From contig OZ320317.1 of assembly GCA_976226885.1 (NCBI GenBank), positions 78,368,001-78,432,000 of the forward strand: a stretch of DNA of 64,000 nt, written 5' to 3'. Both the position numbers and the translations under genes were made by a program. This DNA comes from Iphione sp. A-MEVVRFRX5. Lineage: Eukaryota. The number at the start of each line of letters is the position of its first letter. Position 1 is the stretch's first letter. Below are positions 13,342-28,000 of the stretch, one piece after another. The notes beneath the pieces were generated by a model. That model was not told where the DNA came from and did not search any database. It worked only from the letters and a program-made list of their open reading frames with translations.

Positions 13342-14856
13342 TAAGCAGCGTTTGGGCTTAGCAGATTCGGGTAGAGCGTTGGATCAAAATTGCAAGAGAG
13401 AATGGAGGCAGGTATAGTGTTGGCTCAGTAATCTGAGGTAATGTGTGTGTGTGTGTCTGTGTGCGTGCGTGTGTGTTTGTAAGGATCTCTGTTGGCTCAG
13501 TAGATTGAGATAGTGTATGAGGTCAGTAGAATCAGGGTATAAGCTCAAAACTGTCAGAAACAATATTCCCTGAGCAGCATCAAGTCCAGATTCGAGAGTG
13601 GACCTTCCAAGGGACCTTGCATCCCTACCAGGTGAGAAAACTCAGCCGCGCCATCAGCCGACAGACATGTGGCGGTCAGGAGGGGCTTGTACCTGGCTAC
13701 CCCAAGGACCCCTGGCACCAGCACGGGCCAGGTGTGCTGTTTATTATTGCAGCTATTAGATGCTCCCGGTAGGTGCGCACGCCGCGTCACATCACTCCCA
13801 CCACGGGTTGCCTCTATAATACATGGCGGCAGACAGCTAAAATAACCCCGAGGTCCATGACCCAGATCTTCCTGACCTGTGCAAAAGGGGAAAAAACGAC
13901 TAGACAGACTACGGAGGCGTTTGGCTTGAATAGCGAATGGTTTAGCATCCTCAAGCACGAGCGTTGTTGGACAAATCTCAACGTCTGTCAACGCTTACAG
14001 ACGAGTGAGAACGATTCGTGGAAATCTATTACATATTGCAGTCACATATGGCTGTGTAGGTTTTTATTTGGTTCTCGGGCTAACTATAGATACGACACGA
14101 CACGATACTACACAATATAAATACATACATTGTATTGTGTAGTACTTCCACACATGCTCTCGGACTTCCTCCCCGAATTAGAAGAGATTTGAACGATGCT
14201 TCTGTGTAAGACTACACACAAAATACATTTATTACTCAAACTGACAAAGGTTCCGAATTGATCAAGAGTTTTCACATTGAAACTAAATTAGTTCCACGGT
14301 ACACATGTCATATGGCACATGTATACAGTGTACTCATAAAAAATCGCCCGGCATACCAAGTGACAGTATCCTGCTAAAAGCAGATATAGAATAGAGTCAT
14401 CAGTGTTGTATACCAGCTCTATCACAAGAGTAGCAAACAACAATGTGTTCATGGAGATTCCCCCCCCCCGACCTTTTCATGAAAGCTCGAGCAGGTTATG
14501 CGAGGTAGTTGGCCGATATTTGTCGAGCCAACTTTGAGGCAGTTTTATTGGCTCTGATTTGTACGTGTGTCCAGTTAGGTCGCAATGGCCTATAGGAGAT
14601 GCCGCTATTGCCTCCAGCCAGCAGAAGGCCTTTTCCTCAGCATGTGCGTAGGCGGCTGTCGTCTATTTATACTCGGGGCACGTGTGAAAGTGATGCCAGG
14701 TGAGCGCAACACGTCAAACATATGTTCACGAACGACGCGCGCCCAGTGGCAGCTGCCCACGGACCAGGCGCATACTGCGCTATGACTGCTACATTGCCCT
14801 CATATTCACACACACAGACTTATATATAAGTAGTGTAGCGATATTGAATGTAGATA

Positions 14857-15017
14857 CAGTTAAATCTCCCTTTGGAGACCACCACCTGTGGGACTAGAGA
14901 ATCGTGGTCTCTGTTGTGCTTTGGTCTCCTCTGTGACCTTTTTTTATATAGAAATGTGTTTGGTACCATCAAATCCAGTTGTCCTCTGTGATCTGGTCTT
15001 TAAGTGAGAGTCAACTG
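14857..15017. mobile_element. Tc1/mariner-pogo-type MITE
   Basis: Flanked by TA on both sides. TIRs CAGTTAAATCTC / CAGTTGACTCTC (10/12). Internal GAGACCA/TGGTCTC palindromic motifs. Confidence 0.65.
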
Positions 15018-17908
15018 TATTTAAATGTTAACCGCCATTAGAGAGCAATACAGAATCTGCTCATATACAAAATTTACCCATTAGGCTAAGTATCCATGCA
15101 TATGTGTGTCCATGGCGGTCTGTGCATGTTTCAGGGTGTATTTTTTGGAAACTTTGCCTTACAGGACTAGTGTACCCACACATACCTGTTGGTGCATGGC
15201 AGGGCATAGCTGTGTCTGGCTGTGTTTCAAAAATGGGAACTGTCTCATTTTCCACACTACATGGCCCACGTTGATCCATGTTTGTGGCATGTATTTTGGG
15301 AACATTCATTATTACAGGTGTATAAACAGGAAACCACAGTGAATTCATGCACCATGGTGTGTATACGGTAATTATCGAACTAGCAGAATTACATACTGAC
15401 ATGCCCACATATGGACACACATGCAGACATGGGCACGTGGACACCCAGCCTTAATTTAGACTTACTTTTTAGTTCATTGCAATTCAGAAACTGATTCTCT
15501 TACGGCCGAGGAAAGGGCTAATATTTGTGATATTAAAATGAATATAATAAGCCAATTGAACGGGGCTCCAAATAGTTCGTGGCAACCTGTGGCCATGTTA
15601 TTGAAATACATGTGTAGTGTACATGTACCTAGAAAATGTATTTTTCCAGAGTATACATGTGTGGCAACTTACGATGTATAGGGATAAAGAATGTCACATC
15701 TTAGAGAAAAATAGATCTAGTAGTGCTATTGTATAGAACACTAACAACACGAGTACAACGACAAAAAATAACCAACATACACGCCTATCAAATTTGGTAA
15801 GAATACAGCCGAGAATTTTCACAAATTTGACTTCACCAGTTGAGTCACATTTTTTTGTATCGATGCTGTACGCTTCTATATCAAATAGAATGTGCAAACG
15901 TGCAGCATTTGATATTGGGGCAAACAAACACTGACGGCAATCAAAAAATTTTTGTACGTGTATGCTGTGGTGAGAGAAAATGTTGTTCGAAAATCTTAAA
16001 GTAGTTAGAGTAAAATTCGAAGAAATGAGGTCAGACGGGCACAAGGAAACTCATTTCCCTCTTTTCACGGGGACTGCGTTGATGCGCTGTCAGCAGCGGT
16101 GACGGTGGTCTCAATTTGTTGAACACAAACTACGTTCTGGAAATCAAAAGTTCGACGTCAGTTCTGATTATGATTAAGACACAAGCGTGTTAGAAGCCTG
16201 AAGTATCTTTCTGTCCTCTCCCCATGTCACTGTATTTTCGGTACGTTGGACACGAGCCAATGCTACCATGAACGATTATGGTGGATGTCAGAATTCTGTC
16301 AGTGTTTTTGGTTTAGCCTTTGTCTTTTTTTACAGGTCTTGATGATTTCACCATTTTGCTGTCACTTTCTCTTCCAGTATCAAATGCCAGACAGTTTTGT
16401 TTTATGTTTCTAGAAGAAAAAACATCTAAATATGTCCTGGCACAAGCTTAGCCTATAAAATTAACGGCATGTAATATCATTTTATCCCTGTTGTGTTGTC
16501 TTCAATACATACAGTCGTGCTTTGACATGTGGGGCCCTAGTCCTCGACAGGATACAGGCGTTCTAAAGAGTGTGTACACACAGCCTTCGATGCGATTGCT
16601 GAGATATGAACACCAGGGCTCGCATCTATGCCTCTGCCCCAACCCCCCCCCCCCCCCACCCCACCCCCACCCAGGGGTGTCACAGTTCATCCAGGCTCTG
16701 CGCCCCAACACTATTGAGGGCGGGCATCAGGTGTAGACGGGTGCTGAACGGGGACTTGCCCCCCTCCAGCTGTTATGTCTGTACCCCAATGTTGAGTCGC
16801 ATAACGAAGCTTTGGTCCATGTTTGCGCCCTGGGTCCGGGCCAGAGGATGTAGAGTATAAGTCTGTCAAATTATGTGGCGCTCAGTATTTCGCAGGCGCC
16901 ATTCAGGAAAATTTAGTTTTGACCAGATAGGCGCAAAATATTCTCTTCACGGCCACTTTTTATTATACCATTTTTATTCTACTAATTTTTACAAATAAAT
17001 GTATCAGGTGCGATACCCTTGGACCATCGTCCCCCCCCCCAAAAAAAAATGAACAAAACAAAAGGTGTGCGTACCAGACAGCCATCTGTCTCTACTCGTA
17101 CAAGTATAAGCATCGAAGTATGGACGAAATCACAATACATGTAGGCTAAATATTGAATATTTCCAGAGGAGGGCTGATCCACAATGATGTGTATGGTTCT
17201 CCTGCTCATACGAATCTGAGTCACAACATTACCGGCCGTTTTTCTGCATCGATAGTAAAAAGACGTAAAAAAATAGACGTAAAGCGATACTCTGGACGTG
17301 CCCCAGCTATTCTCGGAGCCGGTAAATCGGACACAAACTACAACTCATCATGAGGGACTATTGTTATCCTGACACCACATGGAGGGGAAAAAGTGGACGG
17401 AGGTTCAATATGTTTGAACCCTCCCCCGTTGAAAGCACCCGTGGGGCATTCTGCAGAGACATAACGGGGGCTCATCAAGAAAGACGTCCTCTCACAATGT
17501 ATAATCATAGGCTTGTCTCGTTGTTAATTGATAGTCGTTTTCTTATGAGAGTAATAACACTTTAATGTGAAATTATAGACCAGTCTCTCTTCTAATGGAA
17601 CAACCCTTTCCCCCTGATATCAATAAATATAATATCCACGGCACTTCTTGTTTTGTTGAGGATAAAGTGTTTAATACATCAGTCTGGTCGAACTGCAACC
17701 CCCCACCCACCCACCCGCCCTCGCTGCTTCACTTGCCGCATGAATATCCACCATTACAGCGTATACGTGCCTACCTTCCAGAGTCGATCTTGTAACCATC
17801 CAGTCGACCCTTTAAACTAAGGATTTCCAGATGCGGCACGCCCGCCAGCTGGAGGACGTCGGAAAACTTTTCCAGGAAGCGCTGATTAGAAGGAAAGTTC
17901 CAGAAAAT

Positions 17909-18060
17909 NNNNNNNNNNNNNNNNNNNNNNNNNNNNNNNNNNNNNNNNNNNNNNNNNNNNNNNNNNNNNNNNNNNNNNNNNNNNNNNNNNNNNNNNNNNN
18001 NNNNNNNNNNNNNNNNNNNNNNNNNNNNNNNNNNNNNNNNNNNNNNNNNNNNNNNNNNNN
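17909..18060. other. Assembly gap (152 N)
   Basis: Run of N. Confidence 1.
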
Positions 18061-21000
18061 ATTATATAAAATGCTAGGAACTATTGGATTGATAATAGTT
18101 TCACCATTTAGGGCCCAGTTTCCATACCTGTGTTGGTGCTCGCGTGCATTTGTGCACGTTTTGTGTATATTTTTATTGAACAAGTGACATATATTGAAGA
18201 GTGTCAATTGAATGCACATGCGTTAGGGTATATATTGAGGTATGTTTAACGTTGTTGTTCATTGACGAACATGCCCGATAAATTAGTGCACAGATGCAAG
18301 GCTATTTCTTCCCATTTCCTCATATTTCTTACCTTTTCCTTACTCATATCCAGATTTACACACATGTACTCACATATCTATCCTTTTAGTCATTTTTGTT
18401 GTTTTTTGCAGATTTTAGAATTGAATTAGTCCCTTTGCATCATTTTCCCATTAATTTTGTCATTCTTGTGGCTTTTAGCACGAAATTCATCCTCCGTCAG
18501 TTTTTCCACCATTTTCACAATTTGCACAGCTCTTAGCATCTAAATTCATCCTTTTTTACATTTCCCATTAATTTTGGCATTTCTATGCAGCCTCACAAAA
18601 ATGTATGTTTATGCACAGGTAGGCCTTACACAGCCTCGTGGATGTCCATAGAGGTATGGGAACCAAGCACAGTACATAGGAAAAACTTTTACAACTCTCT
18701 TCCCATATCTTCAAACTTTACGTATGATATCAATAATCTGGTCCCCTCTGAGCAGCGTCATTTACACTTGTATACACTTGTATATAAAGCAGTAGTGTCT
18801 AAGAGGACATTTGAATGACACTTCACGATGAATGGCTCTAAAAATGAGTTGACCCTAGGTCCACATCTGAATCACTGGGGAGGTCCATGATGGACTTTTA
18901 CGGTGGACCGATCAGGACATCAGATGTGTCTGCCGTTATAAACCGAAGAGGGTGACCGAGGTTGTGGCGGGCAGTCGGGCAGGTGGGTGGTGAGGTGGTT
19001 AGGGGTGGTGCTGGAGGGGGGAGGGGAGGGCGTACTGCAGGCTTCATCTCACAGCTGACAGTTCAATCAATGAACCATGTCGTTACAAGCGTGAGGGCGG
19101 GGGAGGGAATCGAGCCCATGTTATCGTCGTTTGCAGGGAAGGGTTTAATCCTCCCGGAGAAAATGGCGCCCAAACAACGATCGGCCGCGCCCATCGATCG
19201 GTCCCCACTCGCCGACAATGGCGACTACGTGTCCCTCTGGTGGCAGAGCTCGGCCTAATGATTACCGCTTTCTTGGGGCATGGATGACGGAAAACATTGA
19301 GCGGTTTCCTGTAGCGGAGAGGGCAGGACTGTGGGAGTATAGGGGTTGGAGAGCGAGCCTGGAGAACATAACACTCGTCACTGTATTGAATGAATGTCTT
19401 CAACTGACTGTGAAAAATATTTTATCCGTGTTGGCAGTGTATTCTGGTGAAAGTTGTCACAGCTCTCCCTCTTTTTACGATCAATTTTCTTTTATCGTAG
19501 CGCAATTCACAAAGATCTCTTACTTGAAAAATGGTATTGTAAAGGTTTGGTCGTCTTTGTTAGCAGTTTAATTATATTACATCACTCAATATACACATGG
19601 AATTTACACAGTTCATTATTAGGCAGTACATTATGGCAATTTAAACTATAAGCCCCCCTATTTACACTTTGGAAGCAACAATTCTATGTATGCATATGAT
19701 TATGTATGTAGATATGTACGTATGCATGTTCGCCGACGGTGGTATGATCAATATCAGTTCACAGCCAAGACAGAATACAGCCGGTCAGAGGAAAGGCGTC
19801 TAGATCACCTGTGAACATATATATATGCACATTTATTCTCTTCCCTAGCTACCTAGAATTGTAACGATTAGTATTTTTCTCCAGGCACACAGCATCTAAG
19901 TCACTTTGTCTGGTATAAAATGAGCAGCAGGTATTTAGACTGTATTATGCCTACTGACTAAAATCAGTGTAATTTGCTGGAAGTGTCTGGTGATTTTCTG
20001 CGATGAATTACGAGAGATGGTACACCTTGATAAATTAGGCAGGCTGACAGTGATAAAGTGAGGCTTCCTGAGGGGCAGACATGGGAAAGAAAATTACCGT
20101 AAACACAACCAACACATTTTTCAACGATTATAATAGAAACTTATTATCATTTTCGTTACGCCTACACGCCCTGACTGTTTTTAAAGGGAGATAGGCTCAT
20201 CCTGATATATTGGCGCTCAATTCTGTATACACGTGTAGAATATCAGCAACGCTCTGCCGCTTGCTTTATTGACAGATCACGTACTTCAGCACCATTCTTA
20301 TGCTTTTACAGCTACCAATGTGATATAACAATATAAATGTCACTTTTTTGTGTGTTGCAATAAAGCCGATTGCAAGTACAGAGGATCTTTTCTATAGACA
20401 CACTGTATATGATCATACAGAAGAAAATTTTTAGTGTTATATGACAAAGTTGGTGGCATATCTCGAAGCGTGACATACATAAGGATGTGACGGCCTAGAA
20501 GTCTGTCCTGCATTCACACGCGCTTTTAAGAAGCTGCAATGAGACTTTTATCTCTACGCTGTCTTTATCCAGTACCTACATCTTCGGTGCTTCCATCTTT
20601 GTATAATATCCCCGCTTAGTCTGCTTTGTCCTCCTAAAAGCCCCACATCCTACTTATTTTCACAGCGTCAATCTGAAAAAGGAGTTTCTGTCCATGCACA
20701 TCTACTCACTTTCGGTTATAACGCTTGTAATATTCATTCGCCATCGCGATGCCTTAAGACACATGTGGCAGTGTATCAAATGCCAAATGTGACTGAGCTG
20801 TGAGGTCGGGGACTGACAACTAAGTGATGCCCTCCAGGCCTGCTCCATTGCCTGTAGCCTGACCTTCACCTGCTGCTCCTCTACTTCCACGTCCACCCGT
20901 GGCCTCCCAAGACTCTCTGCAAGGGGGCAGCAACTCCGCCGCTGCCTCCATTATCATTGCTGCCTCTGGTTCCGTGTCCTTTCACCGGGGGGCTCAAAGG

Positions 21001-22024
21001 GCTTCGGTGCCGTTCACTGACGGTTCTCATGCCTCCTGGTAGGGGGCGCTGTATGAGACCTATTTCTTCAACCAGTATTGGGTGCATTCTATCCTTCGCC
21101 ATCATCGCCTCCCCCAACAACATCTAAACAACGCCAGTCGTTTTTTTTTTTTTGGGGGGGGGGGCGAGGTGGGTGAAGGATGGCTGGCAAACCTGGTCCT
21201 ATACAATAGGGACTCGTATCATGCACATTTAAGCATCGCCTTACTGCTTGTAGAGCGAGTCGTTACTAGACCCTGGTCGAAGTGCTTTAGTTACGAGGCA
21301 CCATTTAATCTTATGAGAAGCAATATATAGTTGCTGCGAGGCTTTCATGCGTGTAAACCGAGCAACACTGCCAACTGCACTCACAGAATGCGAACATGTA
21401 TAGAGCATTCCCATCAATGAAGGTCTTAGAGACCATTCTCTATGAACTAATACTCAGGAGCACGATCAACAGATTCACTGTGTTCTCTCTTATAACCAGG
21501 ATGAATATGATCCAAGCAGAAATTCACATCTAATCGCAGCACTAAATATTACCAAATGACGTCGTTTTATTCATTTCTCAAATTGCACTGGGCGTCTGGG
21601 GCCACGTTTCTCTGGACGGCAAAAATATGCTTGTCCCAACACGAGATAAGAATGTGATTTAACCAAAATATCCGCCAAGGAAATGAGCCTTTCGATATTA
21701 ATAACTTGATAAATCGATCAGGAAGGTGAGGTGCTCGTGTGGCAGTCTAGAAAGCCTTCAGAAGTGTCTCTGTTCGGCGGGCGAGCGGCGCGGCGCGGCA
21801 GTCGGCGCTTCCGCCACCGACTTCTTCTGCCCCCCCCCCCCCCACCGCCCACTCACACGCCCGCCCGCCCGCCCGTCGATCGATAGGTCGTTTTCCGGGT
21901 TAGTGCCTCGCTGGTGTCTCATCCCTACCGATGATGGCATACAAGTGCTGGGCAGGAGAACCACAGTAGGTCGGGGGTTAATGGGACAGTCCTCTATGTG
22001 AAGCCTAGCCGCAGACCTCTCTAC

Positions 22025-22063
22025 GTGTGTGTGTATGTGTGTGTGTGTGTGCGTGTGTGTGTG
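22025..22063. repeat. (GT)n microsatellite
   Basis: Directly visible; a similar tract lies at 13442-13476. Confidence 0.9.
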
Positions 22064-25000
22064 AACGAGTATCTGGGTGTTTCTTACCGTGGAACTAAAG
22101 CCACTGAGTTTAGGTTTTTGATGTTTACATACGCGCAGGGGAACTGCATGGCACTAATATATGTCTGTACTTTGTCATCAATCGTGGGACAAATAACACT
22201 GTATTTTAATTATGCGCCCATGAAAACAGAAGTTCAAATGGCGTTCGCGTCCTAATATTTCCATTTTAAATGGGACCACAAGAAATTTATTCGATTGATA
22301 TTCCAAGAGATAGTATAAGGAATAAAAGAAACCAAAAATATTGATTTATGGATCAGGACCTCCATCATAATACATGTATCAAATCTTGAATATCAGATAG
22401 TATGGTCTGCAGATTAAAGACAACACAAAATGAAAATACCGATAATGGGCGTAACTGCTTATAGAAGGCAATAAAGTGCATTGATCTGAAACTAAAGATA
22501 AATTGTATTTATATAACAAAGTCGATATTTCTACTATCTTAATGGCAACAAATTAATTATAACCATGCACCGAAGTAAACAGTGATAGTATCTTGTCATC
22601 TAAGAGGCTGTGGGTACTATTGGACGGAGGTAGGCGAGTGAGAATGGAAGGAGAATGAGAGGAAGGCAGAGGGAGAGATGAGTAATAAAATAAGAGAGAG
22701 AGAGAGTGGTGGAGGACAGTCTGGATGGAAAAAAATGATAGATAGGGCCAGCAGAGACGCCAAATTGAGTGACAAGAAACCCAAGATAAGTGGAGGGAAA
22801 AAGATGTGAATCTGAATGAGATGGGGAGAGAACTGACGTGCTGTTTTTGACAAGGCTCACAGGAGAAGCTGCAAGAATGTGACTTGTGGCCAGTGTTTAA
22901 CTTAATGATGGTTACCTAGCCATGAAAACTATCTCCCTCGTCCACACGGCCGTGGTACTGTCAGGACCAACATGCTAAAAATCCGCAGGAGACCCCAATA
23001 TCGTTCATGTATCGTATATGCGTTTCCTACAGGCTACTTCCAAAGTGCGATATCTAGAGCCTGCTGCACTCACTTTATGAATTTTGCGTTGGGCGTACGA
23101 CTGTGAAGTTTAACGATTTATTTACTTGTGAGCCAGGGAAGCCATCACAAAAATATTTATTTCATCTGAGTGCAAAACTCGTGGAACACGATAAGTACAT
23201 TTAGGTATTTATGGCCTGGTTTTTGCACTTTTTTATTAGTACATGTATGATTAAATGAAACTACAAAGGAATTGATTAATTACTCTTGATTTTACAATCT
23301 AACAAACATTTGCAAATATCAACTGAATTCGGTTCAATCAGACAGACTGTAAACAATGGTCAAGTTATGTTATTATTTTTATTGTTTTCTTCTCAATAGC
23401 AGAAACTGAGCAACATTTTACCCTTACTGGAATAGGTTTGATGTGTGCTGCGGAAAAAATGGATTTATTTATAAGTGCTCATCATAACAATACAAATGTC
23501 TTGTTGGAGATAACCTTGGGATACCGTTCAGCCCTTACATTCTTTCAGGCAACACTAGACAGTGTGTATAATAGATGGCAAGGGTAGGGTGTCTTACAGA
23601 GACAAGGATCCAATGCAGGGAAAACAGTAATCATGGTAGAGTGCCAAAAATACAAGTACATGGAGTACAGCCATTGGGGTGGACAAAGTGTGGGGAATGA
23701 GGAACATTTACCTCGCATACCTCTCCAAGTCCAACTCCTTCTTCGACGGTTTAACTCTTTGCCTCCTGTTAATAAGTATCAAGCTAAGGACCCATATTTC
23801 ACATAAGGTTCTTATCGGGAGTATTCCAACGTGTTCGACATTATTTCAGCTATCTTAAGTCCACAGCTTAATGTTGATATGCGCTGTAGTTCTTCATTCT
23901 CATCCATATTCATACATGCCCTCCTCGTGATAAAAATAGTATTTAGACTAAAGGCGAAATCATAACAATTGGGTATGATGAAGATTTCTTGTGTTAATTG
24001 AATTTCTTAATTTGTTTTTCACGGTAAATAAATGTATTGATCAACCTTGTGAATCACTTTCCTGTAACTAAAAAATGGTATCCATTAAAACTGCTTCACA
24101 ATCTAAAACATTAAACAGTGCACGTGCGAAGCGGAAAGATGTGTTCTTGAATATGGTGCTGGTGGTAGGGGGGGTGGGAGGTACGAATCTGTGTAATTTA
24201 TAGCCAGTCAAGCTTGTGTCAAGCCCATGTTGACTCCCACCATATCTCGGGTGGCGACGGCCGGAGACCCAACCCGGAAGGATCAACCTACAATTACAAG
24301 GGCGCCAGACGGTGCTGCATCTCGACGGAGGCAGGATAAGGCCAGCGGGGAAAAGGCCATTGATTGTCCAGCCACCAACCCCACCCCCAAGACCTCCCCA
24401 GCGCACTTCCCTCTATGGCCCAGTAATGCTTGACCATTAGACATTACCATTACCCACATCTATGCATGAGTGTCGGCCGCTGGAGGAAGCATGGTCCTAC
24501 GCGTGAAGGACCCTCATTGCACGCGCTCCTTTTTACATGGGTTTTGAGTCCGCTGCAAGTCGGTGGAGTCGCACTTAACTGAACACGTACAACTGGGTAT
24601 TGATCAGGGGCCTCAGTCACGTGCTAGCTGTGGACACACTTGTCTGAGATCACTGTTCGATTCTCACAAGCAACTAATAAAGACGAGCCATATGGGGCTG
24701 AGACTGCACGGGGGAGGGAGGTCAGAGGATGAGCCCACAGATGTACTTTGCTTAGAAGCTTCCCTTTGGTTAGATGGATTTTTTTTATTCTAGTCATTTG
24801 CAGCTACTGTCCATATGCCCCAGTGAAGCACTCCTAGATTTGAAAGAGAGACTGATGCTGGTGCTCCTGGTATATCCTAAAGTACACCCTGTACTTTCCT
24901 CTAGAGGGCACTTTAATGTACTTTGTGACATAAAAGGACCATTCTGACATGGTTAGGGCGTACAGTTAGAGTAACAGCCCTATAACTGCCGCGTTGCCAA

Positions 25001-28000
25001 TGAAAGATTAATAAGAGTTAATCTCTTATTGGGCCACCATGGGCATTTTTTTACACAACGAAAGTTACATTATCATGCCGATGGTATGGGGATGATAAAA
25101 TAAAAATATATACATGTATGTGAAGTGGACGCTGTAGCTTTTATTTGTCTAATTTAAACCACAAATATGCATCGTGACTACACAGTGGTTCTTCCCTCTC
25201 TTCAACGAATCCACAAATCTACTGAAGGGCAGAATGCTACAAAAAGGAATCAAACATTTACCTTATATTCACGAAGGATGTCTAAAATGATGTTTGAAAA
25301 TAATAAACAAGTTCGCCCATTATATGGGACTGATAAGAGGTCAAAAAGAGGATGTTAATTATACAGACTGAAAAACAGTATAATGTTTCCTTTGGGTAGG
25401 GCGTACTTGATATTATAGCATTTGCATGCAACTTTAGACAGTGGGGAAATGAAGGACGGAAGGTACATTTCCAAGTATCGATGTTAAAATTCCAGATATT
25501 GGTCGGTCAATCTGCCCCCACGTCGTGAAATATTTACACACCTCCGACAGCAGGCGGAGGATGGAGAAAGCGGTTAAGAATCCGATCTCACACCAGAGGG
25601 CGCCTCGTCATAGTTGACATAGTATGTACATATCGGTTTTATCAAACTCTCCATCGACATCTCCCGATACATACTTTCATTACGGGAGGAAGGTTACCCC
25701 TGACAATCAAGTAAAAGGGGGCGAGATTCAATCGTCTCTCAGTGTTAAGAATCGTGATAAGCATCCCAAGTGGGTGTGCATGTGTACACTACCCTTTCCG
25801 TCATGATGTCAGCAAGAGACGCGCCGGGCTATGTGTCGAGGGGGGGGGGGAGCTTTAACCGAATCCCGCTATATAGTTCCTACTAAATCGAATTCGGTCA
25901 GAAGAGACTTATCTGCTCTCATTTTAGAGTGAGGCCATGTGTTTATAACCTCGCAGAGAAACTGTTCTATGCGCCTAATATATGTACATGTACATGTACA
26001 TATAATATACATTTACATGTATATAATATTAGTGTGTGTTTGTCTGTGTGTGTCAGAGCACCTCTGCACCAACCTAATTACACACAAACAGAAACGCCCA
26101 TTTAATTGATTCTCGAAGGAGACAGAGATAGTCCATAAAAAACAGTCACTACTGTACATTGTACATGTACATGTATATAAAAACCAGTGTTCTCTTGCGC
26201 AAATACCTATACAGGGTTAACTCACAGTAGCTTGAATATTGACTGAATTCACCCATGTTAGTCCTACTGTATGGCGGCTGGACACAGTAGGCTACAGGAG
26301 GTGCCTACTAGAGATCAACACAGCAGCATCTGCCTGACCTCGCCTGTCGTGCTGGTCATGTCCACGCGTGATTTCAACAAGCCACTCAGATGGAATTTCG
26401 TTGGCCCTGAGAACGCGGGTCCCTGAAGTGGGTTTTGTCCATCGGGGACCTGATTTAGACCTACATGTCAGTCTCAGTACAGGGCCACTGAGAGCAAAAA
26501 CAGCCAAAGAATATAAACAGAGATATTAATATACGAGCAAACATGAACCGGAATATCATGTCTATGTTTTGTACTAATTGTATCCCCGCCTTGGATGAAC
26601 GAGCTTAATGTGTTCTGCTCGTATTTGTCCATCAAGCAAATTGTCCTGATATAAGGTTCTGTGTGGACTTCTTTGTACATCCCTCATCTCATCCATATGA
26701 GTCCTCTTGTGCATATCGATGGATGATGACTCTGTGAATGTTATAGGCTTGCTGGCTAAAGTAACATAATTATATAGCACGGACCGTGAAGATACATTAA
26801 TGTATATGTACATGTACATATATACATGGTGGTTCATGGATGATATGAATATGAGGGCTTTTTAAATACGAAAAACTATGTACATAATATCAGATAGGAC
26901 GATCAGAAATGAATAACAGTTACACTTTCAATTCTTACAGGGTTGATTTTCTCAAACTTGAAGCTCAAAGTTATGATAATTCCTTGGGATGGTATTAACA
27001 CAAAACGTGTTATATTGTTATGTTACTTCCATAAAGATAACCGTATTCAAACACCCCTAAACTCCGCCTACAATGACAGGAGAATCTAGCGACGGAGGTA
27101 CAAAGAGTTCTTACAGTTTGGGCCAAACACAGCAGCAATACCACACGGGAAGGTGACGAGCGTCGCTCAGATCACATTCGTAGGCTTTTCTCTTGAGTCT
27201 AGAAACACCCCGAGGGGGAAACACTCCTTCACCTTTCCCCCCGCAGGCTCCCATGTAACCACCTGGTGAACCGACTTATGAGGCTATCCACAGGTAAGTA
27301 TATTGCGCTTAAGGCCTACTATAGGGCCACCTGGCGAGCTCTACAAGTCGCAGAGAGGGCCCCCTTTGTACCGGCGGGCAGGCTGCGTGTTTTTCTCTGC
27401 ACCAACCACTGCAACGTATAGCCCCGGTCGACCTGGAACAATAGCTTCCATTCTGTAAGCTGTCGCTACGTCGCTTCTGGTGTAAAAGAGAATAATTGCC
27501 GAATTCCACATGAGCATCTGTTACGGGAAACCGAGAGAGCGCTCAAGTTTTGCTTCGTAGTATGATATGAGTTGCTTTTTTTACTATGAGAAAAATGAAA
27601 TGGTTATCCCAGTCGGGCTTTTTGCTTGAGGACGAGACCTTTCAGAGTAATTGAAGATAGGAATACCTGTGGTTTATTGTTGATTCAGATCGTTCTCGCA
27701 GTGCTTGCGAATATGCTGACCTGAAAACATGTTTGACATGTGCGCCGGATGAGGCAACAGCGAAGCAGGCACCGTGCGACACTGGACAAAACAGGGAGGG
27801 CGACCGCTAAGGAGAGTGGAGGAGGTGATGAAACATGCACTTGCGTCCAAAAAACAACTTGTTTTTAGGGTGCCTTCTTCCTATCAATGCCAGGAGCTGT
27901 ATTTGTACTTTGAAATCATTACAGTTTCACTGTCGTAAAAAGGGAAATTTAAATAGGCATTTATTACTAATAAACAAGACTTTAAATCCAGGCTTGACGA

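Noticed and set aside
20710-20917. Possible minus-strand exon (cttgcag| ... A|gtgagt)
   Set aside because: The peptide has no similarity to a cyclase N-terminus or any family I recognise, so the splice signals could be chance.
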